From Octopus bimaculoides (lineage: Eukaryota), in NCBI RefSeq assembly GCF_001194135.2, contig NC_068993.1:57602308-57666307 (forward strand): a stretch of DNA of 64,000 nucleotides. Direction: 5' to 3'. The notes under the pieces were generated by a model. It was not told the DNA's origin. It searched no databases and saw only the letters and a program-made list of their open reading frames with translations. Below are positions 38,986-52,610 of the stretch, in pieces. The position numbers and the translations under genes were made by a program. The stretch's first letter is position 1, and each line of letters starts with the position of its first letter.

Positions 38986-40340
38986 GTTCAAGATATCTCA
39001 ACAACCGCTGAATGGATTCGAATGAATCTTTAAATGATGTTTTGCCTCGTGACTGATTGAATTTAGGAATTGATCCGGTAGCGGACAAGGATTCTGGATT
39101 ATTTTTCTTGTTTGTTTTACTTAATTTTGTAGAGCGGTCGAGTTCATTTTTAGTCTTATCGTTTGTGAGAGCAGTCGAGTTTATTTCAGATATTCTCATT
39201 TTTAAAATCACTTCCGGCTAACCGTTGGTATTATCTTGGCGGATGTTTGCGCTCTCTGAAGCGCTCTTGTTTCTACTTACATTCATTGTTTAAGAAAATG
39301 GATTGAACCAAAGATATTTCGATTTCTATAATTTCAAAAAAACAGTGGTTGCTTAAGATTTATGCTAATCATAGGGAAAATCAGTTTATCCTGAGATAGA
39401 TTGCTTTAATTATCAGTATACGAATTGATATTCAATTCTTTATAATGTCGTTATCATTACAGCATTTAAAGTTACATTTAAAGAGGTTATAGGCACATAT
39501 ACGTGTATCGTGTGATTATAAGTCCAATTTTTTTTGCATAAAGATCTTAAAATAACAATATTTCTAACGGAATTCTAATACACAAGTCAGCAGAGTTTTT
39601 TTTCACATTTCAGTGATGGAAACAAACGATATAAAACCGAGTAAATTTTTTCCAATTAACCCACTGTTTCTCTTAATTTTAATACTGATAATCTAAGTAA
39701 ATACTACATAAGAATTATCCCGCTGGAAGAGGCTGGTAGTTTTTCTAACTTAGCCTTTACATAATTTAGAATATACGCATTGATCATTTTAAATTAACTC
39801 TTAGTAAGAATTATTAACCTTCCTTTAGCATTAGATGTGAATTATTGTTATGGTCTTTTAAGGTGACGTAAGCTTTACGCTTGACAGAAATTCCACCCTA
39901 TTATGTTGCTTTAGTCTAATAGCTATAGCCTTACTTCATTATTAATAGCATAATGCATATTAAACTACCTCTTCTGAAATTCTCTATAATGTTATTAGAT
40001 ATAAACTTAATTGAAACAACCTTATCAAATGCGCACAAATTACTTGTGTTCTTGGAGAATTTGTAAACATGGTTGCGTTTCTTAATGCTTGCTGTGTCAA
40101 ATATTTGGGGAAGATAAACATGTTTAGTATACATCCGATGTGTTGCATTCAGTGCTTGCTTTATAGAAGTCAGCGTTTAACTACATATTCGATACGTAAT
40201 GCTATGTTTTTGCTGGTTTATTAAGTTAGCAAACACTCCGGTTTATTACATTATGTAGTAATGATTACATTCGCGCACACACATACAGAGCGAACTAGGT
40301 ATACCGAGAGACAAAAGCGAATAAATGTACAAAGATGCTG

Positions 40341-40398
<58 letters not shown>

Positions 40399-41604
40399 NN
40401 NNNNNNNNNNNNNNNNNNNNNNNNNNNNNNNNNNNNNNNNNNNNNNNNNNNNNNNNNNNNNNNNNNNNNNNNNNNNNNNNNNNNNNNNNNNNNNNNNNNN
40501 NNNNNNNNNNNNNNNNNNNNNNNNNNNNNNNNNNNNNNNNNNNNNNNNNNNNNNNNNNNNNNNNNNNNNNNNNNNNNNNNNNNNNNNNNNNNNNNNNNNN
40601 NNNNNNNNNNNNNNNNNNNNNNNNNNNNNNNNNNNNNNNNNNNNNNNNNNNNNNNNNNNNNNNNNNNNNNNNNNNNNNNNNNNNNNNNNNNNNNNNNNNN
40701 NNNNNNNNNNNNNNNNNNNNNNNNNNNNNNNNNNNNNNNNNNNNNNNNNNNNNNNNNNNNNNNNNNNNNNNNNNNNNNNNNNNNNNNNNNNNNNNNNNNN
40801 NNNNNNNNNNNNNNNNNNNNNNNNNNNNNNNNNNNNNNNNNNNNNNNNNNNNNNNNNNNNNNNNNNNNNNNNNNNNNNNNNNNNNNNNNNNNNNNNNNNN
40901 NNNNNNNNNNNNNNNNNNNNNNNNNNNNNNNNNNNNNNNNNNNNNNNNNNNNNNNNNNNNNNNNNNNNNNNNNNNNNNNNNNNNNNNNNNNNNNNNNNNN
41001 NNNNNNNNNNNNNNNNNNNNNNNNNNNNNNNNNNNNNNNNNNNNNNNNNNNNNNNNNNNNNNNNNNNNNNNNNNNNNNNNNNNNNNNNNNNNNNNNNNNN
41101 NNNNNNNNNAGAATGGCCTACCACGTAGAAAATCTTTCTCTTTACTTTACCGTTTAGATAAAAGTCAGTCCAGGTCGAGACGAACAATTATGAAAGGAAC
41201 AACCGCCACGCGGATTCTCCTTCAGGATGGTCGTTTTATAAATACGGGAAAAATGCGTCCATCATTTCTTTTAGCGGTTGCTTCTTCTAGAAGAAGTGTG
41301 TTGTGTTATGATGTGTGTGTGTGTGAGTGTGTTTGTATGCGTGTGAGTATGAGTGAGTGTGTATGCGTGTGTGTGTATTGTGTTCTGTTGTGTGTGTGTG
41401 AGTGTGTTTGTATGCGTGTGAGTGTGAGTGAGTGTGTATGCGTGTGTGTGTGTTCTGTTCTGTTGTGTGTGTGTGTGTGTGATGTGTTGAGTAATGTTAT
41501 GTGTGTGTGTGAGTGTGTGTGTATGCGTATGTGAGTGTCGTCTTGTGTTGCATTGTGTGTGTGGTGTGTGTAATGTTTGTGTTCTGTTGTGTATGTGTGT
41601 ATAC

Positions 41605-41635
<31 letters not shown>

Positions 41636-41954
41636 TGTGTAGGGGGTAATAATTATAATAAATTATTTCTTTGGAGTGTACGAAATCTTTTACTGATAGA
41701 GTTAAAGACGTTCAAATAAAAATAAGGTCGCATACAAGTAAACATAAAATGAATAATTAAGAATTAGTCGACATCATCTGAAAGATAATTACAATATTAG
41801 ATTTCTCTTAAATAAATATCATCAATAGAACATAACTTGGCCATATATCACAATTTTAATATTCTCTTATGCAAGATCAACGCAGAAACGCACAGACAGA
41901 CGACACACAGAGACAGACACACAGAAACACACACACACAGCCATAGAAAGAGAG

Positions 41955-42045
41955 AGAATGATAAATAGATAGCTAGACAGATAAATAGATAATTAGACAG
42001 ATCTACAGTCTGACAGACAAACAGCTTGATAGATGAATAGATAGA

Positions 42046-42107
<62 letters not shown>

Positions 42108-42108
42108 T

Positions 42109-42204
<96 letters not shown>

Positions 42205-42230
42205 GCAGACAGACTGACAGACTGATAGAT
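41955..42230. repeat. (GATA)n/(GACA)n compound microsatellite
   Basis: Directly visible. Confidence 0.95.
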
Positions 42231-42349
42231 ATGATGCCATAAATCGAATTTTATCAGAATCTGTTTGAAATCATCCATATTAGATTATATGTTTTTTGAC
42301 ATTTATTATTACTAGCCTGGGGGAAAGACACTGTACCTGTGATCTTTGA

Positions 42350-42600
42350 CGGCCATCTTAGGCGGTTGAAGTTGGTGGGGTAAGTGTGGCTCTGGAACAA
42401 ATAGATAGTGACGTCTGGAAGAAAATTCCAGAAAGCCGAACTTCTATGGAAATGGATTTTTAAGAGTTAGTTCAGAGAGTGAATGGAAGGATTGTCTTCA
42501 TGTGAGTGATAAACGGTACCAATTACAGAGGATGTTAACAATGAAATTCTTAGGGGCTGAGTCACTTTTCAATTCTACCTATCTGCAGGAATTTTAAATG
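42350..42600 (-). mobile_element. Old CR1/L2-type LINE 3' fragment
   Basis: Minus HFHRSSAFWNFLP...SHTYPTNFN resembles the 'SFFPRT..LWN.LP...FP...NL' end motif. Confidence 0.4.
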
Positions 42601-43248
42601 GTAGGTATAATTGTGTGTCTGTATATGTTTGTGTGTGTGTGGGGGGGGGGAACTGTGAGTTGCCTAACACGTATATCAATGAAAGCAGCCTTGTATATTC
42701 AGTAAGTTGCTTTATAAAAGTTAATTTTATTATTTTTCCTCATAGTAATCTCTCGATACGTATAGTTTTTCTCTTTTCCGTTTGTTACACTTAATCCTGT
42801 TACGTTCCAAAACCCCACGCGATAGGTGTTAATCCATGAAGTAGGAATAGTACTGTACTGTATTTTTATTTTTATTTTTACAATTTTTATATATTCATTT
42901 TATCATAAATGCAAAACAACACCACGGAGGAATCGACGTAAGCTTAAATAATAAACTGCGAAAGATGAACCGCGATAGGTCGAGGTATTACTGTATATTA
43001 CAAGGAGACCCGGTTCTCTCACGAGTCAATCTACTAAAACTCACTCTTGAGGGGCGATCTGATAAGGAGCTGACATTAGTTCTAGTGGAACCCAGAAACA
43101 GTGCAGTACACCAGAAATATCACAAAAAGAAGAAAAAGAGAGACAGAGAAAATAACAGAGAGAAAATTATGGAGAGAAAATAAGAGAAAGAGAGAATAAG
43201 AAACGGAGGGTAAGAGGTAGAGAGGGAAATATTTTAGACGGAGGTTCT

Positions 43249-43533
43249 CTCCGTCGGTTACGACGACGAGTATCCCAGCTAATAGGATCAACTGAACAGC
43301 ATTCTCGTGAAATTAACGTGCATGTGGCTGAGCACTCCCCAGACACGTGTACGCATAACGTAGTTCTCACTGAGATTCAGCGTGATGCAAAGTGTGACAT
43401 GGTCGGCCCTTTGAAATACAGGTACTACACATTTTTGGATTGGATCAACGTGAAATAACGCGTCGCCGGGAATTGAACTCACGACCTTACAATCGTCAGC
43501 CGGATGCTTTAGCCACTTGCCACGCGCCTTCAC
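43249..43533 (-). mobile_element. SINE family D2: different tRNA head, same 3' body as D
   Basis: Minus head GTGAAGGCGCGTGGCAAGTGG...GAGTTCAATTCCC joined to the D-type body GAGAACTACG...GAGTGCTCAGCCAC..GCACGTTAATTTCACGAG. Confidence 0.85.
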
Positions 43534-43547
43534 ACGATATCTATCTA

Positions 43548-43581
<34 letters not shown>

Positions 43582-43700
43582 CGGAAATACACACATATAT
43601 ATATATACATATACATACATATATACATACACACACACACATACACACACNNNNNNNNNNNNNNNNNNNNNNNNNNNNNNNNNNNNNNNNNNNNNNNNNN

Positions 43701-43735
<35 letters not shown>

Positions 43736-44457
43736 TATATACGTATATCAATTATAGTTTGTGTGAGTGTGTAAGTATGTATATATGCTATACATATATT
43801 TAAAAGGTAGTCTCCCCGGAAGAGTAGAGAAATTTACAGGGAGAAGTGAAGGTAAAGAAAACTAATGCAAATACGCTATACACCTTATCACCTTTAAAGC
43901 TGGTCTGCTTTTCTGCCGTGAGGGAATATTATAAAGTTAAACAAACCCCGAGATTTGTAAAGAAACGTCTGCTTAGTTCAACGGTCAGTTATAAACATAA
44001 AAGGTTACGACTAGAGAAGGATAGGCGTATGCAAACCGCGAAAGAAACGTAGGTAAAGAAGACGACAGAAAAATAGATTGATAGAGAAAGCGAAAGAAGG
44101 TTAAGTATTTAAAGAAAATGTTTAAAAGGCTGGCAGATAAAGAAAACGATGAATAGATATGTAGGGAGAGCGAATAAAGGAAGGTTGGGTAGAAAGAGAA
44201 CGTAACAGGAAGTGGGATGGTTCGAAAATCAAATGGAGGGATGATGAAGTGGTTGCATAATAAGGGAATAGCCGACTCTAAAGGAAAATATGGTGCGTAG
44301 CTTTACAGTTAATAATAAAACTATAAGGTGTCGCAAATAGGCAATAAAAGATTTACGGAAGAACGATAAAAGTATGAGGACAAGAAACGTTTAGTGACTT
44401 GATCTTTCATCAGCCGTCGCACAAATATCATCATAATTTCGTCACGTTTGAACGATA

Positions 44458-45228
44458 GAGAAAATGTAATGTTCCCGCACTGCTATAGACAAGCATCTTC
44501 ACTCGATAGGAAAGGTTCAGAAGTATGGAGCATGGGTTACGCATGCTTTAAGTGACAACAACGAAAATCAACGAGCCACAATCTCCGCTAGTTTGCTTGC
44601 TCGTCACCGCCCAAATCATGAACACAAGCAACGATTTCTTTAACGAATCGTTATTAGCGACAAAAAATGGTGCCTGTACATCAATATGAAGCAGCGTAAG
44701 GAATGGCTTAGCCTCGGTAAACAAGCGACACCGCGCGTGAAACAAGATCGTCATTCGCGTAAAACGATGCTGTACGTATGGTGGGACTGGGAAGGGATTA
44801 TCCATTACGAATTGCTTGAACGGAACCAAACGGTCAACGTGGAATTCTATGTTCAACAGCTGGAACGACTCAACACGGCTATTGAAGAGAAAAGACCTAA
44901 TCGGCAGCATGGAGTTCTTCTGCTGCACGACAACGTCCCCACCCCCGCATACCGCCCATATGACCAAAGAAGCCAATCAAGGCATGGCTGGGAAGTAGTG
45001 TCACTCACGCCGTACTCTCCTGATTTGGCACCAAAGGATTTCCATCTGTTTCGATCTCTTTCAAATGCTATGGGCGGAGTTTCGTTCAATACTGACGCAG
45101 AACTGAGAGCTTGGTTGGATCAATTTCTCGAGTCGAAATCGGGTGATTTCTACCAACGAGGTATTGAAAATCTTGTTGAACGTTGTGAAGAAGTTGTAAA
45201 CAACAAGGGTGAATACATTATTGATTAA
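44458..45228 (+). pseudogene. Mariner transposase remnant
   Basis: ORF 44686-45228 plus upstream in-frame region with two stops. Confidence 0.92.
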
Positions 45229-45304
45229 TTAGTTGTTATTTTTTATTAAAACTTTAAAAAAATTAAAATTATAATAAACATCGGGAACTTAGTTGCCAAT
45301 CTAA
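44458..45304 (+). mobile_element. 5'-truncated mariner (DD34D) transposon with pseudogenised transposase and 3' TIR
   Basis: One frame from 44458: WVTHAL (WVPHEL), ISDKKW (TGDEKW), HDN, YSPDLAPKD; stops at 44467 and 44641; compensating frameshifts after HDN; ends GGAACTTAGTTGCCAATCTAA followed by TA. Confidence 0.95.
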
Positions 45305-45320
45305 TATATATATATATATA

Positions 45321-45545
45321 ATTCTTTATTGCCCACAGGGGGCTAGGCATAGAGGGGACAAACAAGGACAGACAAAGGGATTAAGTCAATTACATCGACT
45401 CCAGTGCGTAACTAGTTCTTATTTAATCGACCCCGAAATGATGAAAGGCAAAGTCGACCTCGGTGGCATTTGAACTCAGAACGTAACGGCAGACAAAATA
45501 ACGCAAAGCATTTCGCCTTGCGTGCTAACGATTGTGCCAGCTCAC
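45321..45545 (-). mobile_element. SINE family C with variant tail
   Basis: GGCAAAGTCGACCTCGG...TTTGAACTCAGAACG...GCTAACGATTGTGCCAGCTC. Confidence 0.88.
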
Positions 45546-45857
45546 TATATGTATGTAGGTAGATCGATAGATGAATAGACAGATATAGATATACATCACA
45601 TGTTTTAGGCCGTAATATGTCAAACATTGCAACTAATTTATCCTGGTATTTACTTGTAATATTCCTATGCGCGTCAGTGTCAAATCGATATGCTTTTGGT
45701 TCATATGTATACGTTCGTTGATAGATATATCTATATACAGACTCTGACTCCAAAACTTATACATACACACATATCCCCAAATATATTAAGCCACAAAATA
45801 ATGAAAGAAAATTTATGTGTGTGTGCGTGTGTGTATGCGTGTTTGTATGCTATGTGT

Positions 45858-45895
<38 letters not shown>

Positions 45896-46825
45896 GTGNN
45901 NNNNNNNNNNNNNNNNNNNNNNNNNNNNNNNNNNNNNNNNNNNNNNNNNNNNNNNNNNNNNNNNNNNNNNNNNNNNNNNNNNNNNNNNNNNNNNNNNNNN
46001 NNNNNNNNNNNNNNNNNNNNNNNNNNNNNNNNNNNNNNNNNNNNNNNNNNNNNNNNNNNNNNNNNNNNNNNNNNNNNNNNNNNNNNNNNNNNNNNNNNAA
46101 GGAAACAAAAATATCTCTAAATTACCTAGGGATCTTTCTGTTGTTGAATTTCTTGTGATATCTAGGAACAATTTTCGGTTCTTCAGAAGGTTTTCATAAT
46201 TCTGTAGAAATGTTAATTCAATAGAAAATCCAACGTAATTCGGTTTGCTTGACAGAAACAACGGAAAAATTTCAGAGAAAAATCCTTGAAAATTCTAATT
46301 TTAAAATTTTCAAATAATGTTAGGAAATTTTTCGAGAGGAAAGAGATAGTGATTGTTTAAGGATGGGTGGTAAAGGAGTACGAGAGTTAGTTAGGAGTAA
46401 AAATAGGGGTTGCTAAGGGTTGCGTAGGTGATAACAATATGGAGAGCGTGGCAGTAAGACAATTACGTTTTTATTTTTTTAAATCGTATATTTTATTTGT
46501 GTAAATTTGTGAATTATTTTATTGTAAAATCGTGTTTTGATGTGGGTGTGTATGTAAAAATGGGTGTGTGTATGTATGTGGACGTGTATGGGTATGTGTG
46601 TATATGCGTATGGGTATGTGTGTATAAGTGTATGCGTACGCATGTGCTTCTACGGTGGTGGTTGGAAACTGATGATGATGAGGAGGAGGAGGATTACAAT
46701 GATGAAACTGGATTGTTCTAAGTGTGCTATCCGTTTGGCAAGAATCGTTTCGAATATCGTACAAAACAGTTCACAGGTTTCGCCTTGACTCTTTATGTTC
46801 TGATTTCAAATCCAGTCAAGGTTTG

Positions 46826-47095
46826 TGCAGCTGAGTGGGTTAGTGGTTTGGGTGTTGGTCTTACGATCGTAAGATTGCGGTTTCGATTCCTTGACCAGGC
46901 AATGAGATGTATTCTTGAGCAAAACACTTCATTTCACTTTACACCAGTCCACCCAGCTGTAGAAATGAGTACCACCAGGGGTGGAACTGCGTCGCTTAGT
47001 GTTTGGTGTGTTGGATTCATGACCGTAAGTATGTGCTTTCGACTGCTGCAACGGGCGATCTATTGTGTTCTTGAGCAAAGCACTTCATTTCACTG
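46826..47095 (+). mobile_element. Two tandem truncated tRNA-headed SINEs sharing a TTCTTGAGCAAA.CACTTCATTTCAC core
   Basis: B-box-like GTTTCGATTCC and CTTTCGACTGC, each followed by the same core motif. Confidence 0.7.
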
Positions 47096-47130
47096 AGCAG
47101 TAGATATGCGTTTAGCTTAGAAAGAGAAGG

Positions 47131-47764
47131 CTCTCTTTTACTCTTTTATTCTTTAACTTGAATGTGGCCATGCTGGAGCACCACCTTTGATCGAGCAAAT
47201 CGACCCCAGGACTTATTCTTTGTAAGCCTAGTACTTATTCTGTCGGACCCTTTTGCCGAACCGCTATGTTAGCGGGACGTAAACACACTAGCACCGGGAG
47301 TCAAGCGATGGTGGTGGTGGTGGTGGGACAAACACAGACACACAAACACACATACGTATATATATNNNNNNNNNNNNNNNNNNNNNNNNNNNNNNNNNNN
47401 NNNNNNNNNNNNNNNNNNNNNNNNNNNNNNNNNNNNNNNNNNNNNNNNNNNNNNNNNNNNNNNNNNNNNNNNNNNNNNNNNNNNNNNNNNNNNNNNNNNN
47501 NNNNNNNNNNNNNNNNNNNNNNNNNNNNNNNNNNNNNNNNNNNNNNNNNNNNNNNNNNNNNNNNNNNNNNNNNNNNNNNNNNNNNNNNNNNNNNNNNNNN
47601 NNNNNNNNNNTATACGACGGGCTTCTTTCAGTTTCCGTCTACCAAATCCACTGACAAGGCTTTGGTCGGCCCGAAGCTATAGTAGAAGACACTTGCCCAA
47701 GGTGCGACGCAGTGGGACTGAACCCGGAACCATGTGGTTGGTAAGCAAGCTACTTACCACACAA
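47131..47764 (-). mobile_element. Bipartite SINE A/B with gap in internal (TA)n
   Basis: Tail 47131-47345, gap, head and core 47611-47764. Confidence 0.9.
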
Positions 47765-47905
47765 AGTATTGTACGTACACATTCCTTACGTTTCTATATA
47801 ACTATGTGTGTCAGCGTGTAATGTCAATACCTCTAAATTTACGTGTGTATAACTGTGTTTATAAGTACGACTACATACATACACACATATACATATTTTC
47901 ATATA

Positions 47906-47977
<72 letters not shown>

Positions 47978-48399
47978 GGTGTGTATATATGTGTGTGATT
48001 TTGGAATGCGTGTGCGCGTCCATGCATGCATACCATATGTACCAACGCCATCCCTGGGATTACAGATTAAACACATTAGATATATTCGTTTGCACACAGC
48101 CATTCGTATCAATGCATTTCCTTTCAGCATATTTCGTGTTTGAGATAGACAATTCTTACTACATGATGGTTAAGTGTAGGGTTAATATAATTACATAACA
48201 TTATACTAACCTTCATACACGATCGGCTTTTATAGTAACAGTACTAATGGCGAGAATGTTTTCCTGACAGAAAACTATTACATATCGATTTAATACGCCA
48301 TGTTTATTTATATACAGCGATTGAAACTCTCCAAATAACATGGCTCTGTTGATTTTAATGCGTTTCTTAAATTATGATTTTTTTTTTTTTTTTATCCGG

Positions 48400-48860
48400 A
48401 GGTTAACTCATCATCCAACAGACCAATGATTCAAGGTAATCTAAACTACACTACAATACGACGCTGATATTTTGGGGGGTCACCTCTGTCAACATAAACC
48501 CCCAAACTGTTGCTTGTTATTACTTTACCTTGATATAATTTAGAGGAATAGGTTGTTGTCACTTCTTGCAGTTCTAGTAACCGAGGAGAGGCTCTCTTTG
48601 TCGGTTTCATAAACATCGATATCAACAGCTGTAACGGAATAATATAACTATCGTTTTGTTACCGACATATTAAATATACTCTTTTCTGATGTCTTGTCTG
48701 TATGTATGACTACAAAATCTAAATCTGTCTCTTGGGACATCAAATCAAAGAATGTTTTTAATGTGTCCAAATAACAAATAGTCACTTAACGGAACAATTA
48801 AAAGCTACGGTTGGTAAATGTTGGAACCAAATACAACCATTCTGATTTCTGTATTAATAT
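48400..48860 (-). mobile_element. Old L2/CR1 reverse-transcriptase fragment
   Basis: Colinear decayed motifs on minus: WFQH..TNRSF, VP/QETDL (VPQGSVLG), *LYYS (TQLY), LGVYVDR, IIGLL. Confidence 0.5.
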
Positions 48861-49220
48861 GATAAAAATAATATTAATAAAAATAAATTATTCTTTTACG
48901 AATCTCGTATTTTTGTCAAAATAGCCATTAAGCTGATGAGACACAAACGGTCGTGGTGCATGGCTGTGTGCATCAGTAGCTCCTTTCGCAACAATGTGGT
49001 TCCGGTTTCCATTCACTTTGTGCCGTCTTGGGGAAGCGGTTTCAACTACAGTCAGGGAATGAACAATAGCAGAAATATTATCAAAGCTGTTAATGTATGA
49101 AGGTTAGTGTGATGTTCCGCATGTATTGACCTTGATGTTAATAACATATTAAATACATAAAAGTCTAATTAAATGCTTTGAATGGGGCAATATTTTGGCT
49201 CATCCACACACACACACACA

Positions 49221-49508
49221 CTTATTCTTTTATTTGTTTCAGTCATTTGACTGCGGCCACGCTGGAGCACCGCCTTTAGTCAAACAAATCGACCCCAGGA
49301 CTTCTTCTTCGTAAGCCTAGTACTTATTCTATCCATCTCTTTTGCCGAACAGCTAATGTACGGAGACATAAACACACCACCATCGGTTGTCACGCGATGG
49401 CGAGGGGACAAACACAGACACAGAAAAACACACACACATATATGGGACTGAAACCGGAACCATGTGGTAAGTAGGCAAGCTACTTACCACACAGCCACTC
49501 CTGCGCCT
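49221..49508 (-). mobile_element. Bipartite SINE A/B with internal deletion of the core
   Basis: Tail and (CA)n joined directly to TGGGACTGAA...CCACTCCTGCGCC. Confidence 0.9.
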
Positions 49509-49946
49509 GCATATNNNNNNNNNNNNNNNNNNNNNNNNNNNNNNNNNNNNNNNNNNNNNNNNNNNNNNNNNNNNNNNNNNNNNNNNNNNNNNNNNNNNNN
49601 NNNNNNNNNNNNNNNNNNNNNNNNNNNNNNNNNNNNNNNNNNNNNNNNNNNNNNNNNNNNNNNNNNNNNNNNNNNNNNNNNNNNNNNNNNNNNNNNNNNN
49701 NNNNNNNNNNNNNNNNNNNNNNNNNNNNNNNNNNNNNNNNNNNNNNNNNNNNNNNNNNNNNNNNNNNNNNNNNNNNNNNNNNNNNNNNNNNNNNNNNNNN
49801 NNNNNNNNNNNNNNNNNNNNNNNNNNNNNNNNNNNNNNNNNNNNNNNNNNNNNNNNNNNNNNNNNNNNNNNNNNNNNNNNNNNNNNNNNNNNNNNNNNNN
49901 NNNNNNNNNNNNNNNNNNNNNNNNNNNNNNNNNNNNNNNNNNNNNN

Positions 49947-50003
<57 letters not shown>

Positions 50004-50841
50004 TTCACGCACACACACGCACGCAAAAAGATATATTTTTGCATGGCAAATATATTAGAGAAGAGTACTCAATACATGATACAGAGTCTATGCATTTCCT
50101 TTTTCTTGTTTATGTTGGAACTTAGACTAAGAGATTGTTTCGCAGTTCCCTTTTCATGGTACGAGTGGGGCTTTGTATATATATATATAACCAATAGTAT
50201 GTGTACGCTGAAGAGTTTCCTAGTTCACATTAGTAGCATATCTTACTTCTTTAGTCTGCTCATAGATTTCTTACAGATGTACGTGCGGCAGAGTGCTATA
50301 AATTCATTTCTTTCTGGTTCGTTGATGAGCTGATGATTAGAAATCTGGGTCTTTATACCTAGAATTATCGTTATTAACATACTGTAAAAGAACGAAAACA
50401 GCTTTGACGCTGATATAAATCAATTCCCGTGGTGCGGTACTAGCGGTAATATACGGTGGGTACTGATATCAATTATACTACCCTAACCCTAACCCTTGCA
50501 AAAATCAATGGCAGATATGATCACGGAGAATTAGAAGGCAGCAGAAATTAATCTTCTTGTTCCATATTATACACATGCGCACTAACATATACACTCACAG
50601 TTACACGACTAAAACATTTCGAAATACGTGCACACCCAGGTAGTTGTATTTGCATAAATATACAGCCATAAGGGTAAATACGCATATGCTTATATACATT
50701 TCCATTCTTATAGATATTTACACGCATACATCATTAAATAGTTGTCCTATACATTACAATATGCCTTTGTCATAAACAATAACAGCACTGGTTAACATAC
50801 ACTGCGTGCATATGTATGTGTAAATGTGTGTAGTGTATATG

Positions 50842-50872
<31 letters not shown>

Positions 50873-51366
50873 ATGCGTATATATGTGTGTATATATATGT
50901 ACATAATGTATGTATGTATGTATAGATACATGTGTCTGACAGCGTATTACGTGTGTGCGTACGTGTACTCATATTTAAGTGCTTTTGTGCAGATATGTGT
51001 GTATGTACGTGTAACTTTCTGTACTAATTAACCTGTTAATAAATATTTAAATATGCAAATATGGCGAGGTAGTCTTTTGACAGAGTTGTTAAGCCGTCAG
51101 AATGACTTGTGGCTTTTGTTTTATTCTCACTGAGTTCAATTCCATTCGTGGTCGATAAATAATAAACCACATTTCCTCGTGTTGTACTCTGTCAGAACTG
51201 GTTGCAACCAACAGAATGGCTTACACAAAAGTGACTGAGGAAGGTAATGGGAAAACATCTTTGAATTCTCCCACCAAAAGTTCTTGTCGTTGAAGACATC
51301 AGTCATCAGTTGTCAGTAAAATAGTGTTTGCTCTATGTGAATGCGCGCATGCGTATCACTCGTATT

Positions 51367-51736
51367 TGGTTAGGGCAGCGGACTCGCTGTCTTAGGATCG
51401 CGGTTTCGATTCCTAGACCAAGCATTGTGAGTATTTATTGAGCAAAAACACCTAAAGCTCCACGAGGCTCCGGCAGTGGATGGCGGCGAACCGTACTGTA
51501 CCCTTTCACCACAACTTTCTTTCTCACTCTTACTTCCTGTTTCTGTTGTGCCTGTAATTCAAATGACCAGCCCTATCACACATCTTTGTCACGCTGTATA
51601 TCCCCGAGAACTACGTTAAGGGTACACGTGTCTGTGGAGTGCTCAGCCACTTACATGTTAATTTCACGAGTAGGCTGTTCCGTTGATCGAATCAACTGGA
51701 ACCCTCATCGTCGTAAGCGACGGAGTACCAACAACA
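51367..51736 (+). mobile_element. SINE family D, slightly 5'-truncated
   Basis: Matches 31388-31770. Confidence 0.9.
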
Positions 51737-52080
51737 GCATATATGTACCTGTTTTATGTACGTATGTTTGTATATATGATTATTCAGTTTTATCTCAAGA
51801 TGTCTTGCGAATTGAGAAAGAACCGGTTTCAAACCTAGATCCAAAGCCCCTTCTTTTGAAAATCATCAGCACCAGCAGAGTATAAACGTATGCGTGTATG
51901 TATATGTGCAGATTCGTATATTTTGTTTTCTGTATGTATTCTCATGCATATTATTGCATATCTAGACATGCTTGTATATGCTTAAATGATAAACATCTGG
52001 AAAGTTTTACAGATTTTTAGTTCAAGTGATGTATGCTTGTATCTAAACATGGATGGATGTACGTGTTTATGTATGTATAA

Positions 52081-52330
52081 GTGAAGACTCGTGGCCTAGT
52101 CGTTATGACATGGCGCTCACAATCTCGAGATTGTAGTTCTATTGCTGTGCAGGGCGGTGCATTGATTTCTTGAGCAAAACACTTCATCTCACAATGCCAT
52201 GCGTTGACTTCGACATTTGACGTGCAGCATCCCGTGCAACTGGTCAAGCAATGTCGATTTGAGGGACAGAGTGAGCTAATGGGTATCACCAAAAATTTTA
52301 TCAATATAAAACAAGTCACCTTTGCAGCTC
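52081..52330 (+). mobile_element. tRNA-headed SINE family E, degenerate
   Basis: GTGAAGACTCGTGGCCTAGTCG head, TTCTTGAGCAAAACACTTCATCTCAC core, distinct tail. Confidence 0.55.
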
Positions 52331-52610
52331 GTTCAGCAACAAACTTCATTACCCCTTTCCAAATTTTTCTCCCATTTTGTGTGTGGGAATGCTTGTGTGC
52401 TTGTGTGCGCGTGCGAGTGTACGTGTATACGTATGCGCGTGTGTGTGTGCCTGTGCGTGTGTTTGCGGGCGTGTGTATATGTATGTGACTAATTTTATTT
52501 CAATTTATGTCAATCACCTTATGTCATAAATATAGTTCTACTGCATTTTTGTAAACTCTTTTATAATACAGACGCCTAAGAGTCCTGTGTTCTGAAGTTA
52601 AGAAACAATA

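Noticed and set aside
44370-44415. Minus-strand CTGATGA...AAACGTT
   Set aside because: G12 missing and helices I and II do not pair; too degenerate to support
48529-48628. Minus-strand 100-nt exon candidate with good splice signals
   Set aside because: The frame continues through the donor into LGVYVDR and lies within colinear L2/CR1 RT motifs
50480-50496. CCCTAACCCTAACCCT telomere-like motif
   Set aside because: Fewer than three units; not an interstitial telomeric array
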